From Pseudobdellovibrionaceae bacterium (GTDB lineage Bacteria; Bdellovibrionota; Bdellovibrionia; Bdellovibrionales; Bdellovibrionaceae): 10,611 nt of DNA. A model generated the notes under the pieces. That model saw nothing but the letters and a program-made list of their open reading frames with translations. It did not search any database and was not told the origin of the DNA. Location of the stretch: the NCBI GenBank assembly GCA_041288045.1, contig JBGGMM010000186.1, forward strand, positions 1 to 10,611. Direction: 5' to 3'. This document shows positions 5,452 through 10,611 of the stretch, one piece after another; positions within the stretch are counted from its first letter, which is position 1, and each line of letters opens with the position of its first letter. The translations under genes were made by a program, and so were the position numbers.

Positions 5452-6795
5452 TTAGGCCTCCGCCTCAAGCACCATGGAGCCCCCTTGGCCACCACCAATG
5501 CAAAGTGTTGCTAAACCAAATTGCAAATTTCGTCTTTTCATTTCTTTCATCAAAGTGATCACCAAACGTGTCCCTGTGGTTCCCACCGGATGGCCTAGCG
5601 CAATCCCGCCGCCATTGACGTTGAGGATGTCATCACGAATCTCACCGACTTTGCCGGAAAGCCCCAGTTTGTCTTTGCCGAATTGATCCGAATCAAAAGC
5701 TTTCTGACAGGCCATCACTTGCGCTGCGAAGGCTTCGTTGAGCTCAATGAGCTGCATGTCTTTCAGAGTCAGCCCCGCTCGTTTCAAGGCAATCGGAGTC
5801 GAATAAACCGGCCCCAACCCCATGCGCTCAGGCTCAAGGCCCGCAAAACCATAGCCACGAATTTTGGCAATGGGCTTCATCCCGAGAGCTTGCGCTTTTT
5901 CCCGACTCATCATCAGAATCATCGCAGCTCCATCAGTGATGGGGCAGCTGTTACCAGCCGTGATAGTCCCCGTTCGCTTATCAAAGAAAGGTTTTAATTT
6001 TCCCAGAGCTTCCATGTTTTGTCCCTCGCGAGGGCCAATATCGACTGTCAAAGTCTCTTTGTAATCAGGACCAATCGGAAAGGGTGCAATCTCAGCAGGC
6101 AACTTGCCATTTTTGGTGGCTTCCACTGCTCGCAGGTGAGATCTCACAGCGAATTGATCCTGCATCTCACGACTGAGACCCCATTCTTTGGCAAGAATCT
6201 CAGCGGTTTGACCCATATTGATTCCGACAAAGGGATCGGTCAGTCCCTGCATGATAGAAATCACTGGAAAGTACTGATCCTTCATATTGGAAGTCAGAAG
6301 CGCTTTGATCTGCTTGAGATCCGCTTGAAAAAGTTTGAGCAAAAGCGGCAGAGCTTGCGATGGGCCCTTGGCTGCAAACAGTTGATTCATGATTTTTTGA
6401 ATTTTCTCAGGCAGCAACGTTGGCATTTGCGACATGCTCTCCGTGCCACCGGCAATCACCACATCCATGGTGCCGGATTTGATTTTCTCAAAGCCATTGG
6501 AAATGCTCTCCAGAGCCGAAGCGCAATTTCTGTGCACAGTGTAGGCGGAGGTTTTTTGCGGAATGCCGGCATTCAATGCAACCACCCGAGCAATATTCAC
6601 AGCATCGACGGGATTTCCCGTATTGCCGATGATGACTTCTTCGACTTCATTGACATCCAACTGAGTGCGATTGATGAGTTCTTTGAGAGCGACTTTGCCC
6701 AGCTCTGCGGCGTGGATGTTTTTCAGCTTGCTTCCTGCTTTTGCAAATGGAGTGCGCACTCCATCGACAATCACAACGTCTCGGGGATTCGCCAT
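5452..6795 (-). CDS. fadI: Acetyl-CoA C-acyltransferase (3-ketoacyl-CoA thiolase), FadI-type
   Basis: VIVDGVRTPF, catalytic NCASA, NEAFA, GHPVGTTG and CIGGGQG motifs. Start reassigned to the ATG at 6795 (MANPRD) with AAGGA at 6802-6806. The gap to fadJ is 5 nt. Confidence 0.92.
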   Translation of the reverse strand: MANPRDVVIVDGVRTPFAKAGSKLKNIHAAELGKVALKELINRTQLDVNEVEEVIIGNTGNPVDAVNIARVVALNAGIPQKTSAYTVHRNCASALESISNGFEKIKSGTMDVVIAGGTESMSQMPTLLPEKIQKIMNQLFAAKGPSQALPLLLKLFQADLKQIKALLTSNMKDQYFPVISIMQGLTDPFVGINMGQTAEILAKEWGLSREMQDQFAVRSHLRAVEATKNGKLPAEIAPFPIGPDYKETLTVDIGPREGQNMEALGKLKPFFDKRTGTITAGNSCPITDGAAMILMMSREKAQALGMKPIAKIRGYGFAGLEPERMGLGPVYSTPIALKRAGLTLKDMQLIELNEAFAAQVMACQKAFDSDQFGKDKLGLSGKVGEIRDDILNVNGGGIALGHPVGTTGTRLVITLMKEMKRRNLQFGLATLCIGGGQGGSMVLEAEA

Positions 6796-6921
6796 ACACA
6801 ATCCTTTGTTTGATAGCGGTTCGTTGGACTTGAATTTCAATCAGCTTATTTTAAGGGGAAAGAAGCTCTCGGAGGAAGCACTAATGTCATCTTGATTGAG
6901 GGATGACGGCTTGCAAAAGAA

Positions 6922-6950
6922 ATGACAATTGAAGGCGAGAGTTTTAGCTT
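6922..6950 (+). promoter_or_regulatory. Candidate sigma70 promoter for maeB
   Basis: ATGACA (6922-6927), a 17-nt spacer and TAGCTT (6945-6950), ending about 21 nt upstream of the ATG at 6972. This is a consensus match only. Confidence 0.3.
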
Positions 6951-6971
6951 TAATGTTTGAAATGGAGACCT

Positions 6972-9287
6972 ATGTCGACCAACAGCAACAATCAGCTCTC
7001 GCAAATGGACCAGGAAGCTCTCGCTTTTCACTCGGAAGGCAAACCTGGAAAAATTGAAGTCATCGCTAGCAAACCCACCAACACGGAAAAAGCTCTGAGT
7101 TTGGCTTACTCTCCTGGAGTGGCTGCTCCCTGCAAAGCAATCGCCAAAGATCCGAGCAAAGTTTACGACTACACTTCCAAAGGCAACTTAGTAGCGGTGA
7201 TTTCGAATGGAACAGCGGTCTTGGGTCTTGGAAATATCGGCCCTCTGGCCTCAAAACCGGTGATGGAAGGAAAAGGACTTCTGTTTAAGCAATTTGCCGG
7301 AATTGATGTGTTTGATATTGAAATCAACTCCATGGACGTCGAATCGACAATTTCGGCCATCAAAGCCTTGGAACCTACATTCGGTGGAATCAACTTAGAA
7401 GACATCAAAGCTCCTGAATGTTTTGAAATCGAAGAGCGCCTGAAGAAAGAAATGAAAATTCCCGTCTTTCACGATGACCAGCATGGGACGGCGATTATTT
7501 CTGGCGCCGCTTTGATCAATGCCTGCCTGATCACCAAGCGGAAAATGTCTGACATTCGCATTGTGGTGAATGGGGCTGGCGCTTCGGCAGTCGCTTGCTC
7601 GAAAATTTTCTTTTCTCTTGGTGTGAAAAAAGAAAACCTCATCATGTGTGACACCAGCGGCGCTATTTACAAAGGCCGAAAAGACGGCATGAACAAGTAC
7701 AAAGAATTCTTTGCCGTGGACACAGAAGCCAGGACCCTGGCACAAGCTTTAGTGGGAGCTGATGTGTTTGTCGGCCTCAGCGCTGCTGGAGCTCTCACTG
7801 CTGAGATGATCAAACCGATGGCTGCGAATCCCATTATTTTTGCCATGGCCAATCCCGATCCTGAAATCGAGCCGCACAAAGCTCGCGAAGCCAGACCGGA
7901 TGCCATCATCGCCACAGGCCGCTCGGATTATCCCAATCAAGTGAACAACGTTTTGGGCTTCCCCTCCATTTTCCGCGGCGCTTTGGACACGAGAGCGACC
8001 CAGATCAACGAGCAGATGAAACTTGCCGCCGTCGATGCGCTTGCCCGTTTGGCTCGCGAAGATGTTCCGGAGCGCGTCTCTGCTGCCTATGGTGGAAAGA
8101 GTTTTAAATTTGGTCCTGAGTATTTGATTCCAAAGCCTTTTGATCCCCGTGTGCTTTTGTGGGTGGCGCCAGCTGTGGCGAAAGCGTCGATGGATTCAGG
8201 GGTTGCGCAAAAGAAAATTGAAAACTTCAATGCCTATCGTGATCAACTGGAAGCTTATCAAGGACCAGAGAAGGTTTTCATTCGCTCAGCCATTCACAAA
8301 GTTCGCGCCAATGCCCAAACTCACAATGGCGAATTGCCTCGTATTGTCTTTCCAGAAGGTGGCTCCACCAAGATCTTAAAAGCTCTGCAGGCCATCGTCG
8401 ATGAACAAATCTGTCAGCCGATTTTGTTGGGCTATCCTGAGCAAGTGAAAGAAAAAATTCGCGCTTTGGACCTTCCCGCTTTGGAGCAAATCCCAGTGAT
8501 TCACCCTCGGACTCATCAATCTTTTAAAAGGTATTCCGAGGAACTTTACAAACGCCGGCAGCGCAAAGGCATCACTGGCAAAGAAGCTGAACGCTTGATG
8601 GCTGATCCCAATTACTTCGCTGCAATGATGGTGGATCAGGGCGATGCCGATGGAATGGTGACAGGATCAACAGTGCAATATGCTGATGCGGTGAGACCCG
8701 TGCTTCAAACCATTGGCGTGGCCAGAGAAGCTGTGCCCTGTGGCTGCAACATTGTGCTTTTGCAAGATCGCTTTTTGCTTTTGGTCGACACCACCGTCAA
8801 TATCAATCCCTCTGCCGAGGATCTGGCAACCATCGCTTTGCAAGCTGCTCGAGTGGCGGAATACTTCAATGTGGAGCCACGGATTGCGATGCTCAGCTAT
8901 TCGAATTTTAGCAGCGCCCCTGGAACTCCGGCGAAAATGCGAAGAGCTGTGGAATTGGTCAAAGAAAAGCGGCCCGACATTATTGTCGATGGCGATATGC
9001 AATCAGACACGGCGGTGAATACCGATATTTTGAATCGCATTTTTCCATTCAGCGAGCTGAAAGAGGGCGCTAATATTTTGGTCTTCCCGAATCTGGAATC
9101 TGCCAATATCAGCTATAAGCTTTTGCAACAGCTCGGAAAAGGCGAAGTGATCGGGCCCTTTTTATTAGGAGTTCGTAAATCTGCCAATGTCTTGCAAAGA
9201 ACCACCACCGTGGATGCCATTGTCAATTCGGTGGTTTTAACGGCCCTTGAAGCCCAGTACCTGATGGAAAGACGAAAAAAGAAATAG
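6972..9287 (+). CDS. maeB: NADP-dependent malic enzyme fused to a phosphotransacetylase-like domain
   Basis: [65 protein letters not shown]-terminal PTA-like domain ([33 protein letters not shown]). ATG at 6972 with GGAG at 6964-6967. Confidence 0.95.
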   Translation: MSTNSNNQLSQMDQEALAFHSEGKPGKIEVIASKPTNTEKALSLAYSPGVAAPCKAIAKDPSKVYDYTSKGNLVAVISNGTAVLGLGNIGPLASKPVMEGKGLLFKQFAGIDVFDIEINSMDVESTISAIKALEPTFGGINLEDIKAPECFEIEERLKKEMKIPVFHDDQHGTAIISGAALINACLITKRKMSDIRIVVNGAGASAVACSKIFFSLGVKKENLIMCDTSGAIYKGRKDGMNKYKEFFAVDTEARTLAQALVGADVFVGLSAAGALTAEMIKPMAANPIIFAMANPDPEIEPHKAREARPDAIIATGRSDYPNQVNNVLGFPSIFRGALDTRATQINEQMKLAAVDALARLAREDVPERVSAAYGGKSFKFGPEYLIPKPFDPRVLLWVAPAVAKASMDSGVAQKKIENFNAYRDQLEAYQGPEKVFIRSAIHKVRANAQTHNGELPRIVFPEGGSTKILKALQAIVDEQICQPILLGYPEQVKEKIRALDLPALEQIPVIHPRTHQSFKRYSEELYKRRQRKGITGKEAERLMADPNYFAAMMVDQGDADGMVTGSTVQYADAVRPVLQTIGVAREAVPCGCNIVLLQDRFLLLVDTTVNINPSAEDLATIALQAARVAEYFNVEPRIAMLSYSNFSSAPGTPAKMRRAVELVKEKRPDIIVDGDMQSDTAVNTDILNRIFPFSELKEGANILVFPNLESANISYKLLQQLGKGEVIGPFLLGVRKSANVLQRTTTVDAIVNSVVLTALEAQYLMERRKKK

Positions 9288-9295
9288 AAAGCCCC

Positions 9296-9323
9296 TTGCG
9301 GACCTCCTTCAATTTGATACAAT
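9296..9323 (+). promoter_or_regulatory. Candidate sigma70 promoter with extended -10 for hflX
   Basis: TTGCGG (9296-9301), a 16-nt spacer and TG-a-TACAAT (TG 9315-9316; -10 at 9318-9323). The predicted start is near 9330, just before the SD AGGAGG (9333-9338). Confidence 0.55.
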
Positions 9324-9349
9324 TATGGTATTAGGAGGTCCATTCCGCC

Positions 9350-10611
9350 TTGAATAAAGCTCAAATCAAGTCTTCTGACAGAGCAATCGTCATCGGCGTT
9401 GGACTGAAAACAGAGCCCACCTCTGAAATCAAAGAAAATTTATTGGAACTCGAAGAGCTGGTCAGCGCTGCTGGCGGCGAAGTTGTCGGCTCTTTGGTTC
9501 AAACCCTACCGCAATGGAATCCAGCGACTCTGATTGGGACAGGCAAGGTCGACGAGGTCAAACAGATGGTGCAGGATTCTGGCGCCAATCTGGTGGTGGT
9601 CGATCACCAACTCTCCGGAGTTCAGGCCAGAAACTTAGAGACTTACATTGGCTGCAAAATTCTCGATCGCAACCAATTGATTCTCGATATTTTTGCACTG
9701 CGAGCGCAGACTTACGAAGGAAAACTTCAAGTGGAACTGGCACAGATGCTGGATCAGCTCCCACGCATGATCGGCGCCTGGATGGATTCACTCTCTCGTC
9801 TGGGCGGCGGGATCGGAACTCGGGGCCCGGGAGAGACAGCGCTTGAAAATGACCGCCGCCGCATTCGCGAGCGTGTCGCTATCATCCGAAAAAAATTAGA
9901 CGGAGTTCGTAAAAATCGCGCCCAACACCGAAGCTCCAGACGCCGCCATGAAATTCCAAGCTTTGCTTTGATTGGCTACACCAACTCGGGAAAGAGTTCG
10001 ATTCTCAATCGGCTCACGGGAGCTCAAGCTTTGGCCAAGAACCAAGTGTTTGCGACTTTGGATCCAACCACTCGCAAGGTTTTTTTACCCGACGGCCCGC
10101 CGGCGGTTGTGACTGACACTGTGGGATTTATTCGCAAGCTTCCCACTCAGCTGATTGAAGCTTTTAAAGCAACACTTGAAGAAAGCGCCGAAGCCGATGT
10201 GCTTTTGCATGTGGTGGATCTTTCCTCGCCGAACATGCTTCGCCAGATTGAAGTGGTTGAAAAACTGATTGAAGAATTCAAATGGCAGGATAAAAAAATC
10301 ATTCATGTGTTTAATAAAGTCGATCAAGCCCCGGTCGAAATGCAATTCAAAGTGAAGCAGTATCCAAGGGTGTTTGTATCGGCTTTGACCGGACAGGGAT
10401 TGGATCAACTGAAAAAGCTGATGGCCGAATCCATTCATGAAATGCAAGAAGACGTCGAATTGTATTTTCCAAAATCGGAAGAGTACAAAATCTATGATCT
10501 TTCCAGAGACACTCGAATTGTCAAAAAAGAATCCGCCACCGAAGGCACCGTCTGCTACGCACAGATGACTCCCAATCTGATCAATCGCTGGCGCAATTAC
10601 CTCGTGAAGTA
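9350..10611 (+). CDS. hflX: Ribosome-splitting GTPase HflX (about 420 aa; window ends at the probable stop codon)
   Basis: Not in the ORF track; translated by hand from TTG 9350: MNKAQIKSSDRAIVIG...LILDIFALRAQTYEGKLQVELAQ...SRLGGGIGTRGPGETALE...G1 GYTNSGKS, G2 FATLDPT, G3 DTVGFI, G4 NKVD. An in-frame TAG at 9332 limits the start. The frame ends ...YLVK followed by 'TA' at the window edge. Confidence 0.95.
   Translation, partial: MNKAQIKSSDRAIVIGVGLKTEPTSEIKENLLELEELVSAAGGEVVGSLVQTLPQWNPATLIGTGKVDEVKQMVQDSGANLVVVDHQLSGVQARNLETYIGCKILDRNQLILDIFALRAQTYEGKLQVELAQMLDQLPRMIGAWMDSLSRLGGGIGTRGPGETALENDRRRIRERVAIIRKKLDGVRKNRAQHRSSRRRHEIPSFALIGYTNSGKSSILNRLTGAQALAKNQVFATLDPTTRKVFLPDGPPAVVTDTVGFIRKLPTQLIEAFKATLEESAEADVLLHVVDLSSPNMLRQIEVVEKLIEEFKWQDKKIIHVFNKVDQAPVEMQFKVKQYPRVFVSALTGQGLDQLKKLMAESIHEMQEDVELYFPKSEEYKIYDLSRDTRIVKKESATEGTVCYAQMTPNLINRWRNYLVK

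Overview
Chromosomal core-metabolism window, most likely from a Bdellovibrionota (Bdellovibrio-like) genome. This assignment is inferred from the gene families present (TIGR02147/DUF4423-like tail, TIGR04552/TIGR04562-like protein, hybrid MaeB next to fadIJ). Gene order: 3' part of a DUF4423-like gene (+); plsC-type acyltransferase (-), coupled to an upstream 367-aa uncharacterised protein carrying RelA/SpoT-synthetase-like motifs (-); an uncharacterised lipoprotein (-) with a candidate sigma54 promoter; a ~440-bp intergenic region dense in hairpins and palindromes; fadI-fadJ beta-oxidation genes (-); divergent maeB (+); and hflX (+), which is absent from the ORF track because the window ends at its probable stop codon. 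No mobile element, CRISPR array, tRNA or rRNA is seen. The best leads are (1) the alarmone-synthetase-like protein coupled to plsC, (2) the structured intergenic element (four-way junction plus a long G-U-rich hairpin), and (3) an anti-Shine-Dalgarno hairpin wrapped around an internal promoter upstream of hflX.
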